This document shows, piece by piece, positions 9,915 to 19,353 of a stretch of DNA of 64,000 nucleotides. The position numbers were made by a program, and so were the translations under genes. Under the pieces are notes generated by a model, which saw only the letters and a list, made by a program, of their open reading frames with translations, was not told the origin of the DNA and ran no database searches. Source of the DNA: Elusimicrobiota bacterium (GTDB lineage: Bacteria > Elusimicrobiota > Elusimicrobia > UBA1565); contig JBDRPD010000053.1 in assembly GCA_043827405.1 (NCBI GenBank), forward strand, positions 96,221 to 160,220, given 5' to 3'. Every line of letters starts with the position of its first letter. The first letter of the stretch is position 1.

Positions 9915-10454
9915 TTGGGAGTGGCGTCCTCAAAAGTCCCTATAGTCACACCTTCGCTATATTTTATCCGGGGACAGCAGGTGATCCTGGACTCGGATCT
10001 GGCGGTGTTGTTCGGTGTCTCGACGAAACGGCTTAACGAACAAATCCGGCGCAACCGAGATCGCTTCCCTGTTGATTTCGCATTTCGCCTAAATTCGACC
10101 GAATCCGAATTTTTGAGGTCGCAAATTGCGACCTCAAAAAAAGGACGCGGAGGCCGTCGATATTTGCCTTTCGTGCTGACTGAACACGGAGTTGTAATGG
10201 CGGCGAACGTGTTGAACTCAGTTCGGGCAGTCGCCATGAGTGTTGAAGTCGTAAGGGTTTTTGTCCGGTTTCGCAAAGCACTTCATTCCCGAGGCTCTCT
10301 CGCGAAGAAGCTTGAACAGCTCGAACAGGCAGTAAAAACGCGTTTAGACAAGAACGACACGGAAATCGAAGAATTATTCCAGGCCGTTGAATCGCTCATA
10401 AACATTAATGTCGATAGTCCTGGTCCAAATAGAAAAATAGGATTTGTTCCATGA
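9915..10454 (+). CDS. ORF6N domain protein (KilA-N-like DNA-binding; phage antirepressor-related family)
   Basis: FIRGQQVILDSDLAVLFGVSTKRLNEQIRRNRDRFPVDFAFRL...LRSQIATSKKGRGGRRYLPFVLTEHGVVMAANVLNS matches the ORF6N family consensus. The C-terminal half is coiled-coil-like. The start is non-ATG (TTG at 9915 or GTG at 9921). Confidence 0.7.
   Translation: MGVASSKVPIVTPSLYFIRGQQVILDSDLAVLFGVSTKRLNEQIRRNRDRFPVDFAFRLNSTESEFLRSQIATSKKGRGGRRYLPFVLTEHGVVMAANVLNSVRAVAMSVEVVRVFVRFRKALHSRGSLAKKLEQLEQAVKTRLDKNDTEIEELFQAVESLININVDSPGPNRKIGFVP
10110..10140. repeat. 31-nt perfect palindrome TTTTTGAGGTCGCAAATTGCGACCTCAAAAA inside the ORF6N CDS
   Basis: Read directly from the sequence. It encodes the conserved LRSQIATSK motif. 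Both strands have the T-run upstream and the A-run downstream of the stem, so it is not a canonical intrinsic terminator in either orientation. Confidence 0.6.
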
Positions 10455-10538
10455 ATCGCTCTAACGGGGGCGCAAATACTGCGGGGTGGCAGGCCCAGAC
10501 ACCATATGAGCCCGGGATGAGGGATTGGCGGCAGCCGC

Positions 10539-11399
10539 TCAGAACGGCATAACCTTGCGCACCACCGTCTCGATCAGAAAGAACGCCGTATCGGGTCCCT
10601 TGCGGTCGGTGGTGCAGACGTCCGCCGCCTGCACGCTCTGAATCAAATGCGGGTAGTACTCGCGCAGCTCAAGCTCGGAGGCGCGGGTAAACAGATGCTG
10701 CTTCATCATGATGCCGCCGCGCCGGTCTCCCATCTGGTCCCACAGCTTGCGCAGGCCGTCGAGGTTGGGATCGTAGTAGTCGGTGCGGGGATAGAGGTAC
10801 ACCTTGCCCGCATTAGGGCAGTAGTACTCCCCCTTCTTGTCCTCGGAGACGAGCTTTACCTTGAGCAGACGCTTGAGCGACTTCTTCACCACCGGCTGCT
10901 GAAATCCCGTCGCCTTGGCGAGCTCCGCGACGCTCCAATGCCCGATGTCGTTGGCCAGCACCGTAAACACCCAGTAGAGCTCGGATGACGAGTTCACGCA
11001 GGAGGCCTGCTCTTTGGTGAAGGGGATGCTGCGCGCCTCGTAGTTGCGCACCATGGCCTTGCGCAGCGGCGCCACCGGGACCTCGGCCGAACGCACCGTG
11101 GAGGTCATGGCGCTGACGATGAGCTTGAACAAGCTCTCCGTTCCGACCAAGCTCTTAAGATAGGACTCGACGAACTCCTTGCGCCGCGAGGCGTCGTAGG
11201 GCAGGCGCAGGGCCTGCGAGATCTTTTCGACCAGCTTGGCCCCGGGCGCCGACACGCCCTTCTCCACGTTGAGGTACTGCCGGTAGGTGCAGCCGAAAAA
11301 AACCCGGCCGCCGGAATCCTGATAGAACGAGCGCGCCGAGTTATGCCCCGCGTCCGACCTCAGCGTCTGCAGCGTATTGGAAAAATATTCCCAGGACAT
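10539..11399 (-). CDS. Hypothetical protein with a predicted winged-helix DNA-binding region
   Basis: The GC-rich ORF has a likely ATG start at 11399 (MSWEYFSNTL); the track's 11438 is a TTG extension. The segment ELAKATGFQQPVVKKSLKRLLKVKLV resembles a wHTH. No confident family assignment. Confidence 0.45.
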   Translation of the reverse strand: MSWEYFSNTLQTLRSDAGHNSARSFYQDSGGRVFFGCTYRQYLNVEKGVSAPGAKLVEKISQALRLPYDASRRKEFVESYLKSLVGTESLFKLIVSAMTSTVRSAEVPVAPLRKAMVRNYEARSIPFTKEQASCVNSSSELYWVFTVLANDIGHWSVAELAKATGFQQPVVKKSLKRLLKVKLVSEDKKGEYYCPNAGKVYLYPRTDYYDPNLDGLRKLWDQMGDRRGGIMMKQHLFTRASELELREYYPHLIQSVQAADVCTTDRKGPDTAFFLIETVVRKVMPF

Positions 11400-11403
11400 A
11401 GGG

Positions 11404-11901
11404 TCACCTGTAGTTCTCGAACTGCAGCGCCAGGCCAAAGTCCTTGCCCTTGAGAAAGGAGATCGCCTCCTGCAGCTCGTCTTTCGATTTGGCCGTCACC
11501 CGCAGCTGGTCCTTCTGGATGGACGCCTGGACCTTCAGCTTGGTCTTCTTGAGCTCTTTGACGATCTCTTTAGCCTTATCGGAAGGAATTCCCTGCGTGA
11601 TCTTGACGAGCATCCGCGCCGTACCGCCGAGGGCGCTTTCCACCTTCTCATCGACGAAATTCTTCAGCGGTAGTTCGCGCTTGGCCAGCCGCATATTGAG
11701 CACATCCAGCAGCGCCTTCACCTTGAAATCGTCGGTGGACTGCAGCGTCAAAACCGCCGCCTTCTGATCATATTCAATCGTGGATTTGGTGCCGCGGAAG
11801 TCATAGCGATTGCCGATCTCCTTGAGCGCGACCTGAACGCAGTCGCCGATCGCGTGCATGTCGACCTTGGATACGACGTCGAACGAGAATTCCTTTGCCA
11901 T
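11404..11901 (-). CDS. yajQ: YajQ-family (UPF0234) nucleotide/c-di-GMP-binding protein
   Basis: 165 aa beginning MAKEFSFDVVSKVDMHAIGDCVQVALKEIGNRYDFRG, the typical YajQ N-terminus. An ATG start with a GGAG Shine-Dalgarno upstream. Confidence 0.8.
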   Translation of the reverse strand: MAKEFSFDVVSKVDMHAIGDCVQVALKEIGNRYDFRGTKSTIEYDQKAAVLTLQSTDDFKVKALLDVLNMRLAKRELPLKNFVDEKVESALGGTARMLVKITQGIPSDKAKEIVKELKKTKLKVQASIQKDQLRVTAKSKDELQEAISFLKGKDFGLALQFENYR

Positions 11902-11906
11902 AGCTC

Positions 11907-13568
11907 CTACTCCAGTCCCATGGGAATTTTTACGCCCTTCTTGCGCGCCACCGCTTTGGCTTCGTCGTAGCCGGCGTCCACATGGCGCGCCACGCCGATA
12001 CCCGGGTCATTATTGAGCACCCGGTCCAGCCGCACCGCCATCTCGGGCGTGCCGTCGGCCACGATGACTTGTCCGGCATGCAGAGCGTAGCCGATGCCCA
12101 CGCCGCCGCCGTGATGGAAACTGACCCAGGAGGCGCCGGACGCCGTATTGAGCAGGGCATTGAGTATCGGCCAGTCGGCGATCGCGTCCGAGCCGTCCTT
12201 CATCGCCTCCGTCTCGCGGTAGGGGCTGGCCACCGAACCGCAGTCCAAATGGTCGCGCCCGATCACGATCGGCGCCGAGATCTTTCCTTCCTTTACCAGT
12301 TCATTGAAGCGCAGCCCGGCTTTGGCGCGGTCCCCCATGCCCAGCCAGCATATGCGGCAGGGAAGGCCCTGGAACTGGACCTTCTCCTGCGCCATCAGGA
12401 TCCACCGCGCCAGCGACTTATCCTCGGGAAAAAGCTCGAGGATGGCCTTGTCGGTCTCCGCGATATCGGCGGGATCGCCCGAGAGCGCCGCCCAGCGAAA
12501 CGGCCCCTTGCCCTCGCAGAACAGCGGACGGATGAACGCCGGAACGAAGCCCGGGAAATCATAGGCGTTCTCCACCCCGGCCTTATGCGCCATGGTGCGG
12601 ATATTGTTGCCGTAATCGAAGGTAATGGCGCCCTGCTTCTGGAGCTCCAGCATCGCCCTGACATGGACGGCTATCGACGCCATGGAGCGCTTTTCGCAGC
12701 CCTTGGGATCGCGGTAGCGCAGGGCCGCCGCCTCTTCCAGGCTCAAGCCTTGCGGAATATAGCCATAGAGGGGATCATGCGCCGAAGTCTGGTCGGTCAG
12801 CAGGTCGATCTCGATGCCGCGCTTGGCGATTTCCGGCAGCAGCTCGGCGGCGTTGCCCAGCAGACCGACCGACAGCGGCTCCTTCTTGCGCTTGGCCTCC
12901 AGCACCAGCTCCAGCGCCTTATCCAGATCCGTCTCCATGCGGTCGATATAGCGCGTCTCCAGGCGCTTCTTGATGCGCTCTGGATCGACTTCGATCCCGA
13001 GAAAACTGGCGCCGCACATGGTCGCGGCCAGCGGCTGGGCGCCGCCCATGCCGCCCAGGCCGGCGGTCACCAGCAGCCGGCCCTCCAGCGTGCCGCCGAA
13101 ATGCTGCCGCGCGGCTTCGGCGAAGGTCTCGTAGGTGCCCTGCAGAATACCCTGCGTTCCGATGTAAATCCAGGAGCCGGCGGTCATCTGGCCGAACATT
13201 ATGAGCCCCTTCTTCTCGAGCTCGTTGAAAACGTCCCAGTTCGCCCACTCCCCGACCAGATTGGCATTGGCGATCAGCACCCGGGGAGAATGCTCATGGG
13301 TGCGGAACACCCCGACCGGCTTGCCGGACTGAATGAGCAGCGTCTCGTCGTTCTCCAGCTTGCGCAGGCAGTCGACGATGGCATGGTAGCACTCCCAGTT
13401 GCGGGCCGCCTTGCCCCGCCCGCCATAGACCACCAGATCCTGCGGGCGCTCGGCCACCTCGGGATCAAGATTATTCATCAGCATGCGCAGCGCCGCTTCC
13501 TGCTGCCAGCCCTTGCAGGTCAGCTGCGAGCCGCGCGGCGCACGAATCGCCGTTTGCGTTGCCGTCAT
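11907..13568 (-). CDS. hutU: Urocanate hydratase
   Basis: 553 aa with strong urocanase similarity across its length ([43 protein letters not shown]-binding GLGGMGGAQ). Confidence 0.9.
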   Translation of the reverse strand: MTATQTAIRAPRGSQLTCKGWQQEAALRMLMNNLDPEVAERPQDLVVYGGRGKAARNWECYHAIVDCLRKLENDETLLIQSGKPVGVFRTHEHSPRVLIANANLVGEWANWDVFNELEKKGLIMFGQMTAGSWIYIGTQGILQGTYETFAEAARQHFGGTLEGRLLVTAGLGGMGGAQPLAATMCGASFLGIEVDPERIKKRLETRYIDRMETDLDKALELVLEAKRKKEPLSVGLLGNAAELLPEIAKRGIEIDLLTDQTSAHDPLYGYIPQGLSLEEAAALRYRDPKGCEKRSMASIAVHVRAMLELQKQGAITFDYGNNIRTMAHKAGVENAYDFPGFVPAFIRPLFCEGKGPFRWAALSGDPADIAETDKAILELFPEDKSLARWILMAQEKVQFQGLPCRICWLGMGDRAKAGLRFNELVKEGKISAPIVIGRDHLDCGSVASPYRETEAMKDGSDAIADWPILNALLNTASGASWVSFHHGGGVGIGYALHAGQVIVADGTPEMAVRLDRVLNNDPGIGVARHVDAGYDEAKAVARKKGVKIPMGLE

Positions 13569-15064
13569 ATGATCCCTCCGAAGTAGTCCAGCAGTATGAG
13601 ACGCTGCGTCGTCTCGATCCGCTCCGCGAGCGGTTCATCCCCGCGCAGCGGCTTGACGTGCCGGCGCAGCCGCCGGTACAGCTCCGCCACGCCCCGGCCG
13701 GGCCGCAGCGGCTTATGGAACTCGAGCCCTTGCGTCGCGGCGAGCAGCTCGATCGAAATCACATGCGCGGTGTTCTCGATGATCAAGCCCAGCTTGAGCG
13801 CGGCCCACATCCCCATGCTGACAAAATCCTCTTTATTGGCGGACGTCGGCACGGAGTCGGACGACGCGGGATGCGCGAGCGTCTTGTTCTCGGACACCAG
13901 CGCCGCGGCCGTAACCTGCGGGATCATGAAGCCCGACTCCAGGCCGGGGTTGCCGGCCAAAAAAGCCGGCAGGCCGGGCCCGCCCTGGGAGACGACCTGA
14001 AATATCCGCCGCTCGGAGATTCCCCCCAGCACGGTCATGGCCTGCGCCGCGCCGTCGAAAGCAAGAGACAGCGCCTGGCCGTGGAAATTGCCGCCGGAAA
14101 GCAGCTCTTTCCCGAAGATCAGCGGATTGTCGGTGACGCTGCCCATCTCGATCTCTACCGTCCGCCGCCCGGCTTCCAGAGCGTCGATCACCGCGCCGTG
14201 CACTTGGGGGATGCAGCGCAGGCTGTAGGGATCCTGCACCCGCTCATCGTCATCGCGGTGCGACTCCCGGATCTCGCTGTGCGCCAGCAGCCGCCGCATC
14301 CGCGCCGCGGTCTTCACCTGCCCGGGATGCGCTTTAACGCGGGAAAGCCGCGCGTCATAGGGCACCGGAGTCCCCTGAATCGCTTCCAGGCTCGCCGCGC
14401 CGGCGAGATCGGCCGCAGCGCAAACACGCTTGGCGCGCAGCAGCGCCAGGCCGCCCACCGACTGCATGGTCTGCGTGCCGTTAATCAGGCTCAGCCCTTC
14501 CTTGGCGTCCAAAGTCAGCGGCTTGAGCCCCGCCGCCCGCATAGCGCCGGCCCCGCTCATGACGCGCCCGCGGAAAAATGCCCGTCCCTCACCGATCAGC
14601 GGCAGCGCGGCATGCGCCTGCGGGGCGAGATCGCCGCTGGCGCCCACCGAACCGCGCGACGGGATCCAGGGGAGCACGCCGCGGTTAAGCATCGCCGCCA
14701 GGCGCTCCACGAGCAGCGGCCGGCAGCCGGAATAGCCGCGCGCCAGCTCATTGGCCCGCAAAAAAAGGATGCCGCGCGCTTCAGCTTCGCTTAACGGCTC
14801 CCCGACGCCGCAGGCGTGGCTGAGCAGGAGATTGCGCTGCAGGGTTCGTATCGAGTCGAGCGGAATCCGCGTGGACGCGAGCTCGCCGAAGCCGGTATTC
14901 ACTCCATACACCGGACGTCCTGACGACAGCGCCCGTTCCAGGCTGCGCTTGGCCCTGGCCGTGCGCGCCCGCGCGGCCGTCCCGAAGCGCACTTTGCGCC
15001 CCCCCACCGCGACCTCCCACAGGTCCGTCAGGCGCACGTGCGAGCCGAGTTCAAATGCTTTCAT
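13565..15064 (-). CDS. hutH: Histidine ammonia-lyase
   Basis: 499 aa carrying the MIO-forming ASG motif ([14 protein letters not shown]) and overall HAL/PAL family similarity. Its stop overlaps the hutU start (ATGA). Confidence 0.9.
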   Translation of the reverse strand: MKAFELGSHVRLTDLWEVAVGGRKVRFGTAARARTARAKRSLERALSSGRPVYGVNTGFGELASTRIPLDSIRTLQRNLLLSHACGVGEPLSEAEARGILFLRANELARGYSGCRPLLVERLAAMLNRGVLPWIPSRGSVGASGDLAPQAHAALPLIGEGRAFFRGRVMSGAGAMRAAGLKPLTLDAKEGLSLINGTQTMQSVGGLALLRAKRVCAAADLAGAASLEAIQGTPVPYDARLSRVKAHPGQVKTAARMRRLLAHSEIRESHRDDDERVQDPYSLRCIPQVHGAVIDALEAGRRTVEIEMGSVTDNPLIFGKELLSGGNFHGQALSLAFDGAAQAMTVLGGISERRIFQVVSQGGPGLPAFLAGNPGLESGFMIPQVTAAALVSENKTLAHPASSDSVPTSANKEDFVSMGMWAALKLGLIIENTAHVISIELLAATQGLEFHKPLRPGRGVAELYRRLRRHVKPLRGDEPLAERIETTQRLILLDYFGGII

Positions 15065-15699
15065 TTTTTCACCAGCCTGAGCAGGTCGCCCAGCGTCTTC
15101 GGATGCTTCGCCGGCGGCAGCTTCGAGATCAGATAGCGGAACACCCCGTGCAGCAGGCGCACGTCATGCATCGCGCGGTGCGCGCCGTCGGAGGTCAGGC
15201 CGTGCCGCTGCTTGAACTCCGCGTCGATCTCGCAGTCCACGATATGACCGAGACCGTTGCGCTGAAAGCTGAACTGGCGCCGGGCCAGCTGCAGGGTGCA
15301 CAGCTCGGGGATATCCGGCACGGTCAGGCCGGCATCCTGGAACTCCGCCGCCATGAACCGCTTGTCGAACTGCAGGTTATGACAGACGATCACCGTCCCC
15401 CGGAGCCGCTCCCGCACTTCGGCCGCGATCTGCCGGAAGGTCGGCTTGCCGGCGACCATCTCATCGCTGATGCCGTGAATGCGCTGCGCCCCGGGATCCA
15501 TGGGAGTCTCCGGATCGATCAGCGTCTGGTATTCGTCGATCGTCTCGCCGTTGCGGACAAAGAGAATCGCCAGCTCGCACAGCCGCGCGCCCCAGGACGG
15601 GGAAAGCCCCGTCGTTTCGGTATCCAGAAACGCGAAGGTAACGTCCTCCAGCGGCGTCTTCAGCCCGCTGCCCTTGGCGCTGGTGCGTGTTCGCGGCAT
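15061..15699 (-). CDS. DnaQ-like DEDDh 3'-5' exonuclease (DNA polymerase III epsilon-like domain protein)
   Basis: The Exo I motif FLDTETTGL is present, together with the downstream Exo II/III residues (HNLQFDKRF, HRAMHD). Its stop overlaps the hutH start. Confidence 0.75.
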   Translation of the reverse strand: MPRTRTSAKGSGLKTPLEDVTFAFLDTETTGLSPSWGARLCELAILFVRNGETIDEYQTLIDPETPMDPGAQRIHGISDEMVAGKPTFRQIAAEVRERLRGTVIVCHNLQFDKRFMAAEFQDAGLTVPDIPELCTLQLARRQFSFQRNGLGHIVDCEIDAEFKQRHGLTSDGAHRAMHDVRLLHGVFRYLISKLPPAKHPKTLGDLLRLVKK

Positions 15700-15716
15700 G
15701 CCGATTCCGCCCGGCG

Positions 15717-16862
15717 TCAGCGCTGCACCGCGACGGCCACCGCCTCCCCGCCGCCCAGGCAGATGGCGGCGATTCCGCGCTTGGCGCCCCGCTTCTTCAT
15801 CGCGTGCACCAGAGTGGCGACAATGCGGGCGCCGCTGGCGCCGATCGGATGACCGAGGGCCACCACTCCGCCGTTGACGTTGACCTTTTCCCGGGGGATA
15901 CCGGCGAGCTTCATAACCGCCAGCGCCACCACCGAGAAGGCCTCATTAATCTCAAACAGGTCGACTTCCTCTACCTTCCACCCCGTCTTCTCGAGCAGCT
16001 TCTTGATCGCTCCGGCCGGCGCCGTGGTAAACATCTCCGGCTCCTGGCTGAAAGTTGACCAGCCGACCAGCTTGGCCAGCGGCTCCCTGCCGTCCGCCTT
16101 CTCGCTGGAAGCCAGCACCAGCGCGCAGGCGCCGTCGTTGAGCTTGGAGGCGTTGGCGGCGGTCACGGTACCGTCCTTCTTGAAGGCGGGGCGAAGCTTG
16201 GGAATCTTGGCGAGCCTGGCCTTGCCCGGTTCCTCGTCGACCTCGAACTCATCAACGGGGACGATCTCGTCCTTGAAGGCGCCGTCGGCCACCGCTTTCT
16301 GCGCCAGCTCGTAGCTCTCGACGGCGAATTTGTCCTGCTCCTCGCGGCTGATCTGCTCCTGCTCCGAGCAGGTCTCGCCGCACATCCCCATATGCTGGTC
16401 CTTGTACGGGTCCCACAAGCCGTCATGGATCACCGAATCAATCAGCTTGCCGTGGCCGAGCCGGTAGCCGCCAGAACGGGCCTTGTCGAGCAGATAGGGC
16501 GTCCTGCTCATCGACTCCATGCCGCCGGCGACGACGATATCGGACTCGCCGAGGAGAATGGACTGGCCGGCCATCATGATCGCCTTCATGCCCGAGCCGC
16601 AGACCTTGTTGACCGTGGTCGCGCCGACGGAAACGGGGATGCCGGCCCCGATCATGGCTTGGCGCGCCGGAGCCTGCCCGATGCCGGCGCCGACCACGTT
16701 GCCCATGATCACTTCCGAGACGTCCTCGGGCTTCACGCCGGCGGCTTCAACGGCGGCCTTAATGGCCTTGGCGCCGAGCTGCGGCGCGGTATAGTTGGCC
16801 AGCGCGCCGTTGAACGAGCCGATAGCGGTGCGCTTGGCGCTCAAAATCAGAATTTCCTTCAT
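15717..16862 (-). CDS. Acetyl-CoA C-acetyltransferase (thiolase II)
   Basis: 381 aa with thiolase motifs: the active-site Cys region VNKVCGSGMKA and the C-terminal GGVVALGHPIGASGARI and AICLGGGEAVA. Confidence 0.85.
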   Translation of the reverse strand: MKEILILSAKRTAIGSFNGALANYTAPQLGAKAIKAAVEAAGVKPEDVSEVIMGNVVGAGIGQAPARQAMIGAGIPVSVGATTVNKVCGSGMKAIMMAGQSILLGESDIVVAGGMESMSRTPYLLDKARSGGYRLGHGKLIDSVIHDGLWDPYKDQHMGMCGETCSEQEQISREEQDKFAVESYELAQKAVADGAFKDEIVPVDEFEVDEEPGKARLAKIPKLRPAFKKDGTVTAANASKLNDGACALVLASSEKADGREPLAKLVGWSTFSQEPEMFTTAPAGAIKKLLEKTGWKVEEVDLFEINEAFSVVALAVMKLAGIPREKVNVNGGVVALGHPIGASGARIVATLVHAMKKRGAKRGIAAICLGGGEAVAVAVQR

Positions 16863-16971
16863 AATCGCCTCCGAGGAATAATTACTGCGGATAGTGATTT
16901 TGAGTATAGCAAAGGGCTTATTGCGCGAGAAAGCGCATATCCCTATCTGTCTGCGCCGCGGCTGGGCCGGC

Positions 16972-19185
16972 CTACTTCGACGTCAGGTTAAAGACCCCGT
17001 CCCAGATAGCGGGCGGCGGAATCACCAAATAGTCCTTGCAGGCGTTGTGATAGAGCTTGGTCGGCTTGTCATCGGGCAGCAGCTTAAGCACTTTTTCGAA
17101 GTCCGTTTTCGCGTCCTCGAAGCTGCGCTTGAGGTACTTCTCGATGGCGCCGTGATAGAGCGGCAGGGCCTCCGTCCACTCCTTGGAGAGCTCGCCCTTC
17201 TTGGCCAGCAGCTCGTAGACCATAATGGGGATATCCTTGCCGACGACGCGCACCGAGCCGAGCCGCCGGGCCTCGACCGCCTCCTTGGCTCCCTCATAAG
17301 TATCTTCGCTGCACATAACCACCGAGCCGAAAAACTTGTTGGCGCCCTCGAGACGGCTGGAAAGGTTCACCTCGTCGCCCAGCACCGTATAGGCCAGCTT
17401 GCGCGCCGAGCCGGTATTGCCGACGACGACCTCGCCGGAATTCAGGCCGATGCGCACGGCGGGCTTTTCCGGCATGGTGGGATCGACATACTCATCATTG
17501 AGCCGCTGGATGGTCTTGATGCAGCCGAGCGCCGCCAAGCAAGCCTGCTCACGGTGTTTGTGAACCTTGAGCGGGGCGTTCCAGAAAGCCATGATGCAGT
17601 CGCCGATATACTTATCAACCACGCCTTTGCTTTCCAGGATGTCGTCGGTCAGCGCCGTCAGGTAGCGGTTGAGGAAGTTGATGAGGGCTTCCGGCGTCAT
17701 CTTCTCCGAGATCGACGTGAAGTGCGCGATATCGAGAAAGAAGATCGTCATATCCCGCTTCTCGCCGCCGAGGCGCAGCTTGCTGCGGTCTTTAACGAGA
17801 ATGTCGACGATCTCCGGCGCCACGTACTGACCGAACATGGCGCGCACCTCCTTCTTCTGCTGCTGTTCGAGCATGGTCTTGTGGACCATCAGCACGCCGA
17901 AGGTCACGCCGAGCGACAGCATCGGCGCCCAGAACTCCAGCACGTAGAGGTTGACGAAGGCGAAATAGGTCGCCAGCACCCAGCCGACGAGCAAACCCAC
18001 GAACGCCAGGCCCGCCGTCAGCGCCGGCAAGGACACCAGCCAGTAGGCCGCGCAGGCCAAGGCAAAGATCATAATATAGCTGACCGCGCGCGGCGCTTCC
18101 CGCAGATAGCGGTTGTTGAGCAGATTATCCACCAGCGTGGCATGGGACTCGACTCCGGGCGTACTGCCGCTGAAGGCGGTGGGAAAGTGGTCGTAGGCGC
18201 CCTGCGCCGTGGCGCCGACCAAAACCAGCCCGCCGTCGAGCTGCTTCTTGATCAGCTCGCGCTCGGCCGACATCAGCTTATCCAGCTCAAGAATCTTCCA
18301 GGCCGGAATGCGCTTGATGCCGTAGCGGGCCGGTCGCGCGACGGGCTGGAGCTTATTATTGTCGTCGATCTCAAAATCCTGAAACCCCGGGATCTCGCCG
18401 CGCAGGTTCAAACGAATCTGGTTGCGGCCATGCTCCTTGACGTAGCTGTCGGGCTCGCGCTCCTCGAAGGCGGCGAGAACTTTGAGGCCGAAGCTGGTCA
18501 CCCGTTCTTTATCCGTAGTCCAGGTATCCCGCATCGGAACCTGGGCGTTGACGCCCACCAGAAACGGGATCTCACGCACCGTCCCATCGTTGTCGGACAG
18601 CGGCTGCTGGACCAAGCCGTAGTTCTTGTAGACTCCCTCGAGCTCGTCAAAGAACGGCAAATCGAAATCCCAGACCTGGTTAAACTGATATAACTCGCCG
18701 CGCGTGTCCAGCGCGATCGCGTGCACGAGCTTTTTACCGGCCTTATTGGTCCAGCGTATCAGCGCCCGGTCCTTGGGCCCCGGGATCAGCTTCCCGCTCT
18801 TGTCCCGCTTGCTGTCGTTGGGATCGAGAAACAGTATATCGAGGCCGACCGCCTTGGTCCCGGAGGCGTAGAGATTGTCGAGCAGCTTGCCGTAGACGTC
18901 GCGCGGCCAGGGATAAGCGCCCACTTTCTCCAGCGAGGTATCGTCGATCGAGACCACCGTTATCCGGGGATCCCCTTCCTCCATGCCGCGCCTGCGAAAC
19001 AGGGTATCCACCCAGGCATCATCGTGGGAGCTGAACACAAAAAAGAAATTCAGGGCGGCCAGCAGCAGCGCGAAGCCGGCGGTGAATCGTTTATGAAAGG
19101 CGTACTTCGCCGACTTCCCCTCACCGTCGCCGGCGTCGGCGGCTCCCATTGCTTTGGCTTTTTCACTAGCGGTTTTTGTGGCCAT
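16972..19185 (-). CDS. CHASE2 sensor-domain class III adenylate/guanylate cyclase
   Basis: The N-terminal CHASE2 hallmark is present (VVSIDDTSLEKVGAYPWPRDVYGKLL) before a cluster of TM helices. The cyclase catalytic core follows (RDMTIFFLDIAHFTSISE, GDCIMAFWNAP, GLNSGEVVVGNTGS). The tail is TPR-like. Confidence 0.8.
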   Translation of the reverse strand: MATKTASEKAKAMGAADAGDGEGKSAKYAFHKRFTAGFALLLAALNFFFVFSSHDDAWVDTLFRRRGMEEGDPRITVVSIDDTSLEKVGAYPWPRDVYGKLLDNLYASGTKAVGLDILFLDPNDSKRDKSGKLIPGPKDRALIRWTNKAGKKLVHAIALDTRGELYQFNQVWDFDLPFFDELEGVYKNYGLVQQPLSDNDGTVREIPFLVGVNAQVPMRDTWTTDKERVTSFGLKVLAAFEEREPDSYVKEHGRNQIRLNLRGEIPGFQDFEIDDNNKLQPVARPARYGIKRIPAWKILELDKLMSAERELIKKQLDGGLVLVGATAQGAYDHFPTAFSGSTPGVESHATLVDNLLNNRYLREAPRAVSYIMIFALACAAYWLVSLPALTAGLAFVGLLVGWVLATYFAFVNLYVLEFWAPMLSLGVTFGVLMVHKTMLEQQQKKEVRAMFGQYVAPEIVDILVKDRSKLRLGGEKRDMTIFFLDIAHFTSISEKMTPEALINFLNRYLTALTDDILESKGVVDKYIGDCIMAFWNAPLKVHKHREQACLAALGCIKTIQRLNDEYVDPTMPEKPAVRIGLNSGEVVVGNTGSARKLAYTVLGDEVNLSSRLEGANKFFGSVVMCSEDTYEGAKEAVEARRLGSVRVVGKDIPIMVYELLAKKGELSKEWTEALPLYHGAIEKYLKRSFEDAKTDFEKVLKLLPDDKPTKLYHNACKDYLVIPPPAIWDGVFNLTSK

Positions 19186-19275
19186 CTAGATCACCTCGTA
19201 TGCGCGATAGGCTAGCAGGCTATGAGTGAGTTGGCAATACCACCACCCGGCGCCCCACCCGGTACCCCACTACTC

Positions 19276-19351
19276 GGTACCGGTTATTAACATTAACTTT
19301 CGTAAGCAGTATTTAGCACCAATGCGAAAGTTAATGTTAATAACCGGTACC
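19276..19351. repeat. Perfect 27-bp inverted repeat GGTACCGGTTATTAACATTAACTTTCG / CGAAAGTTAATGTTAATAACCGGTACC with a 22-nt spacer, 90-165 nt upstream of the cyclase start
   Basis: Read directly from the sequence. The arms are AT-rich in a GC-rich genome and are flanked by GGTACC motifs. The position lies between the ccdA 3' end and the cyclase 5' end on the minus strand. Confidence 0.7.
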
Positions 19352-19353
19352 AA

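Larger units (their letters stand above)
9660..10480. mobile_element. Low-GC islet (remnant of a mobile or phage-derived element) carrying a single ORF6N-domain gene
   Basis: There is an abrupt drop to roughly 45-50% GC against a background of about 67%. The content is an ORF6N/KilA-N-like gene, a family typical of phages and integrative elements. The left edge coincides with the truncated thioredoxin-like gene. No integrase or terminal repeats are recognisable. Confidence 0.4.

Noticed and set aside
9775-10547. A 9-nt direct repeat CAGAACGGC near both flanks of the low-GC islet, considered as att or target-site duplication sites.
   Set aside because: A 9-mer match in regions of this size is expected by chance at roughly 10%. 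The right copy is simply the stop-codon region of the wHTH gene. No integrase is present.
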